From a virus (lineage: Duplodnaviria > Caudoviricetes): 60,376 nt of DNA. The number at the start of each line of letters is the position of its first letter. Positions within the stretch are counted from its first letter, which is position 1. The DNA lies in the IMG/VR virus record IMGVR_UViG_3300047548_000760, positions 1-60,376 of that record; one strand, written 5' to 3'. Made by a program: the position numbers and the translations under genes. Below the pieces are notes generated by a model. It was not told the origin of the DNA. It was given only the letters and a program-made list of their open reading frames with translations, and made no database searches. Shown piece after piece: positions 43,002-52,061 of the stretch.

Positions 43002-43020
43002 AGGCTGCCACGCTTGCCAC
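43002..43020 (-). promoter_or_regulatory. Late-motif copy (GTGGCAAGCGTGGCAGCCT) before the endolysin
   Basis: Exact core, intergenic. Confidence 0.7.
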
Positions 43021-43025
43021 GCCAG

Positions 43026-45305
43026 TCACGAAACCATCAGGATCACATTCAGGGCCTGCAGGTCGTCGGCCCTGCGCGCATCGGCTGTACGCGCTTCGGT
43101 CGCGGCTTCGGCCGCCGCTGCAGCCGGGGCAGGCTGATCGGGGGTGACAACGACTGCCGGCTGCTCAATCGCTTGCAGCGCAGCCGCCCGGGGCGGGGCG
43201 ATGGCCGGAACTGGCGCGGGCGCCGGTTTGGCTGCCGGCCTTGCGGGCCTTGGCGGTTCGGCCGCTTGGCGCTTGTTGTCCTCCTGCTGGGCGGCCTCGA
43301 TGGACTCCCACTTTGCGTCGACAAGTGCGCGCAGGTCCTCGTCGTCGTATTTCCTCGATGCGCTGCGACTCTTCGCCCGTGCGCGCGCCACGTAACCCGT
43401 GCTGCCGCCGCCGCCAGCCGCAGACGGCGTTGTGATGGTGAGATCGCCCTGTGTGATGGCGCCGGACGTGCTCAGGTTCGGCTGGACGGCGCGCGCGTAG
43501 AGCACGTAGCCGCTGGCCACGTAGCCGGGCTCGACGTAGTCGCCCGTCAGGCGATGGGTTTGGGTGACCTGACCCGCGGAGACGGCTGCGACGGTGGCAG
43601 CGCTCGCGCCGAAGAGCGTGACCGTGTTGACCTGAGTGACGGCCCCGACCGTGGAGGTGGTGGGCTGGGCGACGTTTTGGCCGCTCAGATTGGCGATCTC
43701 GATCTGGGTGATCGAGCCGCTGGTCGACGTTGTCTTGTGGGCTACGCTGTTGCCAGCCAGGACATGGGTCTGGTCTGCCGCCCCGGTGGTGGCCGTGGTT
43801 GCTTGCGCCGCCTCGGCGCCGGACAGCAGATGGGTCTGCAGCGCAGCGTCAGCGGTGGAGGTCGTCGCCTGCTGTGCGGGCGCGCCGGCCAGGATGTGTG
43901 TGGCTAAGACTGCGCCGGTCGTCGAGCTCGTCGCAGAGGCGGCGCTGTTGCCGGCGACCGTGTGCGCAGAGGTGACCGCCCCGGCTGTGCTGGCGGCGTC
44001 GGACCGCGCGCTGCTGCCCACCAGTAGATGCGTCTGCGTGACCGCGCCCGTGGTGGCCGTGGTGTCCTGGCGGGCTGAGTTGCCGGCGATGGAGGCCGAG
44101 GCGGAGACGCTGCCAGTCGTTGCCGTCGTGTCCTGGCGGGCGTTGTTGCCTGCCAGCGTGTGGGTCGACGAGACCGCGCCGGTCGTCGCAGTGGTGTCCT
44201 GGCGGACAGCGTTGCCGGCCAGGGTGTGCGCTGACGTCGCAGCGCCGGCTGTGGCTGTCGTGTCTTGCCTGACGGAGTTGCCCGCCAGGGTGTGAGTCGA
44301 GAAGACCCCGCCAGTCGTGCTCGTCGTGTCCTGGCGGACGCTGTTGCCCGTCAGGGTCGTGGTGACGACCTGCTCGACGGCCCCAGTGGTCGAGGTCGTG
44401 TCCTGGCGGACGGAGTTGCCCGCGAGGACGTGCGTCTGCGTGACGGCGGCAGCAGTGCTGGTCGTGTCCTGGCGGGCGTTGTTCCCGGTGGCCGTGTGCT
44501 GACTGGTGACGGCGCCCGTCGTGCTGGTGTGATCGGTGCGGCTGCTGTTGCCGGTCAGGGTGGTGGCTGGCGTCTCGCGCACGCGCAGCAGCACGACGGG
44601 GCCGCGCACGTTGGTCAGCGTGCCGGACAGCGTGGCAGTGACGGTGGGCGCCGTGGTGCTTGTGCCAGCCGTGACGGCGGCCCAGGCGCTGTAGCCGCCG
44701 ATGTCGTTGCCGGTCTGCGAGTCTGGTTCGTTCAGTTCGGTGGCTGTGCCGAACGTGGCGCCCGTTGCCGTGATGGACTGGGCGCTGAACTGTGCGGGCG
44801 TCGTGATGTCCGTGGGGATACACATCGCCCAGATGGCGCGGTCCCCGGACTGGAAGTTGGTCGCTGTCGCGCCGTTGGTGAGCGCGATGGACATCGGGCT
44901 GGTCGGCGTTGTCGTACGCTGGCCGTCTGCGCTGCCGTACTGTGCCGCGCCTGTCCCCTTGGGGACGCGAACCATGAACGCCCAGGTGACGTTGTTGCCG
45001 CCAAGGGTGACGGCTAAGTTACCCGTCTGCCCTGCTACGGGCGTGTTCCATGTGTAGACGTAAAGGTTGGTATTGCCGGTGTCAGCGCCCTGCGCGGTGT
45101 AGCCACCCGCGTTGGTTAGGCTGTCCTGCAGCGTCCAGCCCGAGGGCGTCGTGACCGTGCCACCGCCCACCGCTGCCGGCTTCATGCCGACGAACAGCAG
45201 CACGGCATCCGTGGCCAGGATGCCGGTTGGGTAGGCCGGTGCAACGGTGGTGCCGGACGCCGCCGAATAGGCTGCTGCGGCCGCGACTGGGGTGCCCAGC
45301 GCCAT
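43026..45305 (-). CDS. Fibrous virion protein with about 21-aa tandem repeats
   Basis: Repeats of LAGN(S/N)(V/A)RQDTT(S/A)TTGAV..(T/A)H at about 43560-44560. Confidence 0.7.
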   Translation of the reverse strand: MALGTPVAAAAAYSAASGTTVAPAYPTGILATDAVLLFVGMKPAAVGGGTVTTPSGWTLQDSLTNAGGYTAQGADTGNTNLYVYTWNTPVAGQTGNLAVTLGGNNVTWAFMVRVPKGTGAAQYGSADGQRTTTPTSPMSIALTNGATATNFQSGDRAIWAMCIPTDITTPAQFSAQSITATGATFGTATELNEPDSQTGNDIGGYSAWAAVTAGTSTTAPTVTATLSGTLTNVRGPVVLLRVRETPATTLTGNSSRTDHTSTTGAVTSQHTATGNNARQDTTSTAAAVTQTHVLAGNSVRQDTTSTTGAVEQVVTTTLTGNSVRQDTTSTTGGVFSTHTLAGNSVRQDTTATAGAATSAHTLAGNAVRQDTTATTGAVSSTHTLAGNNARQDTTATTGSVSASASIAGNSARQDTTATTGAVTQTHLLVGSSARSDAASTAGAVTSAHTVAGNSAASATSSTTGAVLATHILAGAPAQQATTSTADAALQTHLLSGAEAAQATTATTGAADQTHVLAGNSVAHKTTSTSGSITQIEIANLSGQNVAQPTTSTVGAVTQVNTVTLFGASAATVAAVSAGQVTQTHRLTGDYVEPGYVASGYVLYARAVQPNLSTSGAITQGDLTITTPSAAGGGGSTGYVARARAKSRSASRKYDDEDLRALVDAKWESIEAAQQEDNKRQAAEPPRPARPAAKPAPAPVPAIAPPRAAALQAIEQPAVVVTPDQPAPAAAAAEAATEARTADARRADDLQALNVILMVS

Positions 45306-45308
45306 GGC

Positions 45309-45944
45309 TTACGACCCCGTCAGGAAGTTGGGTGCCTTGAAGGGGGTGGTGGCTCGGTCGGCTTGGTAGTGCAGGTCGATGAAGCTCACGAAGGCTTCAT
45401 CGGGGAAGGTGTCGTTGACGTGCCCGCCGTCGCGGAACATGCGCACCAGAATCACCGTGTCGGGCTCGATGCCGAGCGCCGCACCGTCGATGGCGTTCGC
45501 CTCACTCACCTCGGTGACGTAGTGCAAATGGTCGACACCGAGCGACGTCTGCTCGACGTAGACCGTCGTGGTCGCGGGAAACGCCTGCTGCTGGTGCCCC
45601 TTGGCGACGCTGTACTCAAAGCCCCAGCGTACCGTGCCCAGGCTGGCCGTCTTCGGGCTCCAGTGCACGTGCAGGTACAGCTTGGTGCCGAGCGCGTAGT
45701 CGTGGTCGATGTGCCACGCTGAGTGCGCCTCAGTCATCTCCCCGGCGGGGAAGGACCATGCCAGGATGCCGCCCCGGAATGGGTTGAGCGTTGGGGCGTT
45801 GGGCGAGCTGCTGTCGACCTTCAGTTCGACAATGTTGTCGCGCCAGCCCAATGCAGTACGGCGGTCGAACTCGCCCGCGTTGCCGTCTGCTTCGGCCGGG
45901 GACAGTGGGCCGCCGCCCTTGTCGGACAGACGAACAATCGTCAT
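45309..45944 (-). CDS. Hypothetical virion-associated protein
   Basis: KGGGPLSPAEADGN N-terminus seen on fibre-anchoring proteins; beta-rich. Confidence 0.65.
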   Translation of the reverse strand: MTIVRLSDKGGGPLSPAEADGNAGEFDRRTALGWRDNIVELKVDSSSPNAPTLNPFRGGILAWSFPAGEMTEAHSAWHIDHDYALGTKLYLHVHWSPKTASLGTVRWGFEYSVAKGHQQQAFPATTTVYVEQTSLGVDHLHYVTEVSEANAIDGAALGIEPDTVILVRMFRDGGHVNDTFPDEAFVSFIDLHYQADRATTPFKAPNFLTGS

Positions 45945-45954
45945 GGACTACCTA

Positions 45955-46341
45955 TCAGGGGGCAACGGGCTGCTTGGCGGTGTAGACCAGCGAGGGGAAG
46001 TTGACCGGGTTGCCAGCGGTGATCGTTTGGCCCGATGTCTCTTCCGTCACCCACAGCACCTTGCTGTTGACCGTGTCGACGAAGGCGATGTGGCTGGCCG
46101 CACCCGTGGCATTCGCGGACGTGTCGCTCTTGCCAGCCGCCGTAGTCAGCGTGCGGTCGTTGCCGGAGGTGGCCAGGGTGAAGTCGGTCGAGGTCATCGC
46201 GGCCTCGGCCAGGATGTTGCCGTTCACCGTGGCGTAGCTGTCGCCGAAGGTGTAGGCGTCGATGACTGCCATCTTGTTGCAGTTGACCTTGATGAAGTTC
46301 GGACCCTGGTCCAGAACATCGGGATGGGCGTACTTGGCCAT
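45955..46341 (-). CDS. Small virion structural protein
   Basis: AAGGAG RBS; ANATGAASHIAFVD...ITAGNPVNFP. Confidence 0.7.
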   Translation of the reverse strand: MAKYAHPDVLDQGPNFIKVNCNKMAVIDAYTFGDSYATVNGNILAEAAMTSTDFTLATSGNDRTLTTAAGKSDTSANATGAASHIAFVDTVNSKVLWVTEETSGQTITAGNPVNFPSLVYTAKQPVAP

Positions 46342-46359
46342 GAAATCTCCTTGTGATGC

Positions 46360-48930
46360 TTACTGCGACTCGGTTCCCTGAACCTCGGCGCCGACGATGT
46401 TCCCGTCGGCGTCTCGCTTGACGACGACGGACTTTTTGACTTCGCCAGCCTTGGCGTCAACCTGCACGTTGATGGTGACGGGGGCTGCTGGCGGCGGTGC
46501 AGGAGTCGCCGCGGATGCAGATGGCGCAGGCGCCGCGGCGGCTTGCTGCTTGGCCGCGATCTCGCGCTCGCGTTGGGCAAGGTCCTGCTGGCGCAGCTTC
46601 TCGTCCATGGCCTGCTGCAGCTGCTGCAGGCGCTGCTCGATGACCAGGAGCTTTCGGTCGCTGGCGGCCTGGATGTCGGCCACGCGCGCCTTGGCGTCAG
46701 CGTCGATCCTGGCGGTCTCCAGCTTGGTGTCCGCTTCCCGGTTGATCTGCAGCGTGCGGTTGGCGAGTTCGGCCTGCGCCTTGCGCAAGGCTTCGCTGAG
46801 GCGGTCGATCTCTGCGGAGGCCTCGGAGCGGACTTGCATCAGGGCGTCTTGCATGCCGGCCTGGGAATCGCCACCGGCGCCCGCAATGTTGGCCTCGGCC
46901 TCCATCTTGGCCGCCTTCGCGTTGAGTTCGCGCACCTTGGCGCGCTGCTCTTCCAGGGCCGCCATGGCCATCTCGCGCTGGACTTGCATCGCCTCGGCCT
47001 GGGCCATGGCCTGCTGCTCGGCCTGGGCCTGCTCTTCGGGCGACATCTCCTTGGTCGGGTCGCGCTCGCCCGTCAGCTTGCGGATCTGGTCGGCGATCTC
47101 TGACTTGTTGGGCAGGTCGGAGAACTCCATGGCGATCGTCAACACGCGCAGGCTGACCTCGGGAGGCAGGCGCGAGGCGAGGTTGTTCAAGCTCTCAAAC
47201 ATCACCTGCCGCAAGGTGCCGGCGTAGTCCTGCTCCGAGACGATGAAGTCGCCCATCGAGGACGTGATGTCGTTCAAGTAGCGCACCGTGCCATCCGCCT
47301 GAAGCTCGGGCACGTTGACCTTGACCCACTCGATCGCACCCTTGGCGCCGGTCAGGCGGATCACCTTCTCCTCGGTGTACCACTGCTCAACCAGGGACAG
47401 TTGCTTCTCGCCCTGAACCTGGACGGCCAGCCGCAGGTTGTCGAAGGGCTCGGTGGTCACCACGCTGCCCTGCAGTTGCCGGGCCTTGATGGCCTCGCCG
47501 GAGACAGCGTTGGTCTGCCGGCCCATGTTCTCGTCGGCCACGCCGGCCGAGCGCTGGATGGTGGACTGGGCCAGCTCCATCATGCTGATCTGGCCGGTTG
47601 CCGCGTCCGTGTCGCGCTTGATCTCGACCTTGCGCCCAGGCTTGTAGACGATCATGCCGTCGGGCCGGTCGGCCTCGTCGCGCAGCAGATCCCAGTCGTC
47701 GGTGGCGCCCTCTTCGGCAAACACCTGATTGGTGTTCAGCATGAACAGGGCCTTGGAGGCGCGCTTGTTCAGATCCTGCTGGATGTCGCGCACGCGGCGG
47801 ATCGTGCCGTAGGGCAGGCGGTCCCTGGAGCGGCGGTAGCACCAGATGGGGGTCAGCGTGAATCGGTTGTGGCGGTAGGGGCTGGGCCCGTAGCCCAGCA
47901 TGTGCGACTCGGTGAAGACGGCGATGTGCACACGCATCATCATGCGATCGACCAGCATGCTGCCGCTTTGGCCCACAGCGTCACGCAGCACCGAATCCCG
48001 GGCCGACAGGATGGCCCCCTTCATCGGGCCATCGGCCACCACCGTCACGCGCGCGGGCGTGCGGTACTGACCTTCGATCAGCTTGACGCGGCGGCGCTTG
48101 GCATCAGCCAGGGCGCCCACACCGGTGGCAGTCAGCGTGCCCGTCTTCAGTTGGGTGAGGTCGTGGGCGGTGTACCAAGTGTCCTCTTCCCAGCCGTCGG
48201 TCGTGTAGTTGGTCCCTTCCTCGACGGCGGCACGGATCTGCGTGGCGCGGTTGGGGAACATCATGACGGCCACGTCCTCGTCGACCCACCGCCAACGGAA
48301 GAGGTAGCGGGCGTCCGACAGGTCCGGCTCGTAGCTGGCCGAGTCCCACAGCACGTTTCTCCAGTCCTCGTAGCGCGAGTACAGGATGTCTTGCGTCGGG
48401 TCGTCGCGGGTGCCGTCGTCCATCCAGCCCACGCCGGCCTTGAGCGCATCGGCGAAGGCCCGGGAGCGGGTGAAGGGCACGCGGTTGATGTCGCTGACGT
48501 ACTTCAACACCTTGGTCTTCACGTCGGCCGACTGCACGTCGTCCTCGGTGCGCGGCAGCACCTTCCAGTCCACGCGCGCGCGGCGCTCGGTGCCGATCAG
48601 CCAGTCGACCATCGGCGCAACCTCGTTGTAGACCAGGGGCACTTGACCGCGCTCTCGCAGCGTCGTGGCGTCCTCGGGGTCCCACTGCAGGTTGTCGTAG
48701 AAGTCGCAGTCCATCGCCATGTCCAGGCGGTTCAGGGACTGCTTTTCCTTCTCGTAGTAGTACCACTCGAGCAAGCGGCGCAACTCGGCGCGGGCCTCCT
48801 CGCCATCGAGCTTGTTGCCCCGGGGTTCCGGCACGCGGCCGGCACTGTCCATCGTCTGGGCCTGTCGGCGGAAGTAGTCGTCTCCTGGCGCGCGGCCCCG
48901 GGCGGGGCGAACGTCGAATGGCTCAGCCAT
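46360..48930 (-). CDS. Portal protein (P22/Bcep22-like)
   Basis: DFYDNLQW..ERGQ.PL.YN, SGEAIKARQLQG, long C-terminal coiled-coil barrel. Confidence 0.9.
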   Translation of the reverse strand: MAEPFDVRPARGRAPGDDYFRRQAQTMDSAGRVPEPRGNKLDGEEARAELRRLLEWYYYEKEKQSLNRLDMAMDCDFYDNLQWDPEDATTLRERGQVPLVYNEVAPMVDWLIGTERRARVDWKVLPRTEDDVQSADVKTKVLKYVSDINRVPFTRSRAFADALKAGVGWMDDGTRDDPTQDILYSRYEDWRNVLWDSASYEPDLSDARYLFRWRWVDEDVAVMMFPNRATQIRAAVEEGTNYTTDGWEEDTWYTAHDLTQLKTGTLTATGVGALADAKRRRVKLIEGQYRTPARVTVVADGPMKGAILSARDSVLRDAVGQSGSMLVDRMMMRVHIAVFTESHMLGYGPSPYRHNRFTLTPIWCYRRSRDRLPYGTIRRVRDIQQDLNKRASKALFMLNTNQVFAEEGATDDWDLLRDEADRPDGMIVYKPGRKVEIKRDTDAATGQISMMELAQSTIQRSAGVADENMGRQTNAVSGEAIKARQLQGSVVTTEPFDNLRLAVQVQGEKQLSLVEQWYTEEKVIRLTGAKGAIEWVKVNVPELQADGTVRYLNDITSSMGDFIVSEQDYAGTLRQVMFESLNNLASRLPPEVSLRVLTIAMEFSDLPNKSEIADQIRKLTGERDPTKEMSPEEQAQAEQQAMAQAEAMQVQREMAMAALEEQRAKVRELNAKAAKMEAEANIAGAGGDSQAGMQDALMQVRSEASAEIDRLSEALRKAQAELANRTLQINREADTKLETARIDADAKARVADIQAASDRKLLVIEQRLQQLQQAMDEKLRQQDLAQREREIAAKQQAAAAPAPSASAATPAPPPAAPVTINVQVDAKAGEVKKSVVVKRDADGNIVGAEVQGTESQ

Positions 48931-49339
48931 AGGTGGCGCCCTCCTTCTCGATGCGGATGTCCTCGCCAGCCACGGCCTGACCATCCACACGAAGCTCCAT
49001 GTGGCCCATCGAGCTGCGCATGTACTCGGTCGGCGGCGCCGACGGCATGCGGATCAGGTCTGGCAGGCCCTCGTTGATGATGCTGGCCACCCGCACCCAG
49101 TTCGGGCGGCTGGGCTCCAGGCCGAGCACGTTGCAGGCGGTGACGCACTGGCGGGCGAGGTAGGTCGCGTCGTCATACTTGAAAGCGGCCGACTCCATGA
49201 CGACGTACCAGGGCGCGCCGTTGCGGAAAGTCGGGACGAGGACAAGCGCCCGTTCGTCATTGACCCAGGTATAGATCGCAGTGATGTCGCCGTGTTGGCG
49301 CGACATGAACGCTTTGCGCAGGTCTAGAGAGACACCCAT
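48923..49339 (-). CDS. Hypothetical protein before the portal
   Basis: Overlaps the portal start; INEGLPDLIRMP. Confidence 0.75.
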   Translation of the reverse strand: MGVSLDLRKAFMSRQHGDITAIYTWVNDERALVLVPTFRNGAPWYVVMESAAFKYDDATYLARQCVTACNVLGLEPSRPNWVRVASIINEGLPDLIRMPSAPPTEYMRSSMGHMELRVDGQAVAGEDIRIEKEGATYG

Positions 49340-49370
49340 GCGGTAGCCCCGGCACCGTTGAAACGGCGCA

Positions 49371-49389
49371 AGGTTGCCACGCTTGCCAC
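49371..49389 (-). promoter_or_regulatory. Late-motif copy (GTGGCAAGCGTGGCAACCT) before the portal operon
   Basis: Exact core, intergenic, downstream of terL. Confidence 0.7.
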
Positions 49390-49415
49390 GGCTCCCAGCG
49401 GGGTGCCGGCCGGCG

Positions 49416-50738
49416 TCAGACCGCCATTCCTGTGCGTCGGCGGCGGGCCAGGGCGCCCTGCGGGCTGGTGGAGCGCAGCGTGTCCTCGGCGACGATGCAC
49501 ATCATTCCGAAGGCGTCGGCCGAGTGGCTGGACCAGTCGTGCTCCGGGCCCAGGCCCACGTCCCGGGCCTCGTCGCGCTTCTCGTGGTACATGCCCAGAG
49601 CGTCGCGGCCCGCCTCGGTGGTCTCCGCGTTGAACCACACGGAGGGAAACACCCGGCGCCCGGCCTCGATGCGGGCGATTGCCGCCCCGGGGCCTTGGTT
49701 GGGCACCACTTCCACGGTGTAGCCGGCCCGGTTCAGCGCAGACTCATAGCTCACGTCGAACACCTTGTCGTGCGTCACCCCGTCGTGGGGCAGCCAGATG
49801 TCCATGCGGTCCGGGCCGTAGCCCTTTTTCTGGGCCCACAGTAGATGCGCCTCCAGCGGCTGCCCCTGCGTCTCGTAGTGGTCGAGCACGCGGACCTCGC
49901 GGCCGATGAACTGCGCCACCCACCACACGAAGGAGTCGGCTTTCTTGCCGGTGCCTCCGATGTCGGTGAAGGCCCGCAGGCGCATCAGCGGGTCCGGGGC
50001 GACGCGGCTGATTCGTCCTGCGGCCTTGGCCGCGGTCAGGCTCTTGGCGTAGTAGGCCCCGGCAACGACGGTGGCGTAGGCGCCTTCCCAGATCCAGTCG
50101 TAGGTGTCGGGCCGCTCGGCAAGGTCGCGCTGGCGCTGGCGCTCCAGGACGGCGGGGAACTTGGGGTTGTCGCGCCAGTTGATCTCCGCGACCTTGATGC
50201 GCGGGTCTTTGGTCTGGCGGAATCGCTTGTCGGTCGCGGAGCCCTTGCGCTTGGGGTTCCATGTCACCCAGAGCTCGGCGTGCCAGTCGTCGCCTTCCTC
50301 GCGCAGCGTCGGGATCAGCACCGAGTAAGCGTTGTCGGACACGCCCTCGGCCTCGTCCACCCAGCACAGCAGGATGCGGCCCTTGGACTTGATCGAGTCG
50401 ATGTTTCGCTCAAGGCCGGCGAAGGTGTATTCGATGCGGCCGTCGCGTGATCGGACGTAGGTTTCGCCGATCTCGTAGTAGTCCATCAGCCAGGGCTCGT
50501 CCTGGATGGCCCGCTTGATTTCCTCTAGGCTGGAGTCGGCCAGGGAGTTCTGGAACTGCCGGCCGCACAGAATCTGTCCGCTGATGCCAGCCTTGCCGAA
50601 GATCATGCCGCGCACGGCTGTCAGCTTGGCGAATGTGCGGGTCTTGCCCGACCCGCGGCCCCCGAAGGCGCCGCGAACGTCCGCGTCCCCCTCGAATACC
50701 GGGCCTATCTTGGGCGGAATCTCGACATTGACTTGCAT
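49416..50738 (-). CDS. terL: Terminase large subunit (PBSX-like)
   Basis: GGRGSGKT Walker A, WVDEAE Walker B, TWNP, HDWSSHSADA nuclease motif. Confidence 0.95.
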   Translation of the reverse strand: MQVNVEIPPKIGPVFEGDADVRGAFGGRGSGKTRTFAKLTAVRGMIFGKAGISGQILCGRQFQNSLADSSLEEIKRAIQDEPWLMDYYEIGETYVRSRDGRIEYTFAGLERNIDSIKSKGRILLCWVDEAEGVSDNAYSVLIPTLREEGDDWHAELWVTWNPKRKGSATDKRFRQTKDPRIKVAEINWRDNPKFPAVLERQRQRDLAERPDTYDWIWEGAYATVVAGAYYAKSLTAAKAAGRISRVAPDPLMRLRAFTDIGGTGKKADSFVWWVAQFIGREVRVLDHYETQGQPLEAHLLWAQKKGYGPDRMDIWLPHDGVTHDKVFDVSYESALNRAGYTVEVVPNQGPGAAIARIEAGRRVFPSVWFNAETTEAGRDALGMYHEKRDEARDVGLGPEHDWSSHSADAFGMMCIVAEDTLRSTSPQGALARRRRTGMAV

Positions 50739-50775
50739 ACCGTGAAGAAGGTGTCGCGCCTGCGGCGGCGTCGGG

Positions 50776-50988
50776 TTATCTGCGGATGGCCAGCACGCGG
50801 GGAGACCAAGCGGGCTTTGCCAGCGCTGCTGTCGTGGCGCCGGTCAGCACGTCCCGCACAACGACGGGACGGCCAACCGCGCTCACGTAGAAGGGGATGC
50901 CCTGCTGGCGCAGGGCCTCGATCTGGTGGGTCTTGCGCTTGCGGCCGGTCAGGGCCACAAGCTCATCGGCCGAAAGGAACGTGCTCAT
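50776..50988 (-). CDS. xis: Excisionase-like protein (DUF4224-type)
   Basis: FLSADELVALTGRKR...QIEALRQQGIPF...GRPVV. Confidence 0.8.
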   Translation of the reverse strand: MSTFLSADELVALTGRKRKTHQIEALRQQGIPFYVSAVGRPVVVRDVLTGATTAALAKPAWSPRVLAIRR

Positions 50989-51344
50989 GCGCGCCTCGGT
51001 CGATTGAGGCCGGTCATCATCGGGTCGGCGATGACATCGACGCGGCCCAGGCGGCCCACCAGCTTGTGGCCGGTGGCGCCCGAGGCGTTGGTGTAGGCCT
51101 CGACGTGGACTTCCTCGATCACTGCAAAGATCAGGGAGTGCGCGACCAGCCTGGGGGCCAGCTTTGTCGCGCGCGATCCCCACAAACCGGCCTCGACCCA
51201 CTGCGTCTGACGGTGCCCCTCCGGCTGCCGGCCCCCGTAGGCGTAGGTCAGCTGCAGGGTTACCACGGGGTCGCCAGTGGCAAGCTCGCGGATCTCCGCG
51301 TCCTGCTGGACCTTGAACACGCCAGTCAGGGTGGCTGCGGTCAT
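50985..51344 (-). CDS. ssb: Single-stranded DNA-binding protein (no acidic tail)
   Basis: DAEIR...TQWVEAGLWGSRA..LAP.L OB-fold pattern. Confidence 0.7.
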   Translation of the reverse strand: MTAATLTGVFKVQQDAEIRELATGDPVVTLQLTYAYGGRQPEGHRQTQWVEAGLWGSRATKLAPRLVAHSLIFAVIEEVHVEAYTNASGATGHKLVGRLGRVDVIADPMMTGLNRPRRA

Positions 51345-51604
51345 GCTGCCTCGGACTGAACCGAGAAGAGGTGAGGCGCCTCCGGCTCGTCGTCGCGCTG
51401 CGAGGCGTCCTCGATGCGCGCCGGCTCGGCTGCGGTCAGTAGGGCCACCAGTTGGTCCTGGCTGGCCACGTCAACCGCGATGGTGTCGCGGGCCGCGTGG
51501 TTGCGCGCCTGGGCGGCAGTCGAGGCGCGGATCAGGCGCTCAGTGCCCGTGTCGGTGTGCCGCACGAGGTAGATGCGGCGGGGGGTCTTGGGTGTGGTTG
51601 TCAT
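51341..51604 (-). CDS. Hypothetical protein
   Basis: RIYLV...RLIRASTAAQARNHAA. Confidence 0.7.
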   Translation of the reverse strand: MTTTPKTPRRIYLVRHTDTGTERLIRASTAAQARNHAARDTIAVDVASQDQLVALLTAAEPARIEDASQRDDEPEAPHLFSVQSEAA

Positions 51605-51626
51605 GGTTGTGCTTTCAGTTGATGCG

Positions 51627-52061
51627 TCAGAACGATTTGCCGCCCTCGGCCTTGCGGCTGTCCGGCTTGTGGTCTGCCCTGGATTGGTTGAACAGCAGCT
51701 TCTCGGCGATGGCCGTGGGCAGGTCCAGGCCCAGGCCACCGGCCATGTCGAAGATGCGGATCACGGCGTCGGCAAGCTCGACCTCCAGCATCGGCCGGTG
51801 GGGCAGCTTGTCGTCCATGAGGCTCTTGCGAGCCCCCTCCATGGCCTCGGACACTTCGGAGTGCACGAGGCACAGAAGCTCGCCGATGTTGCGTCCTGGC
51901 TGCATGCCGGCCTGCAGGCAATCGACGCGATAGTCGAAGGTCTGGTCTTCGCCGGTCCGAAGGTTGTGCCACCAGCCGGTGCTAAGGGCGAGCCCGTGAC
52001 ACTGCTCCTGGATGATCTCGGCGGACCGCTCGATGGCGTAGGTGTCGAGGCGGAAGGTCAT
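51627..52061 (-). CDS. MazG-like NTP pyrophosphohydrolase
   Basis: HSEVSEAMEG...EVELADAVIRIFD. Confidence 0.8.
   Translation of the reverse strand: MTFRLDTYAIERSAEIIQEQCHGLALSTGWWHNLRTGEDQTFDYRVDCLQAGMQPGRNIGELLCLVHSEVSEAMEGARKSLMDDKLPHRPMLEVELADAVIRIFDMAGGLGLDLPTAIAEKLLFNQSRADHKPDSRKAEGGKSF

Noticed and set aside
43560-44560. CRISPR-like regularly spaced repeats
   Set aside because: In-frame degenerate 63-bp coding repeats without unique spacers; no cas genes
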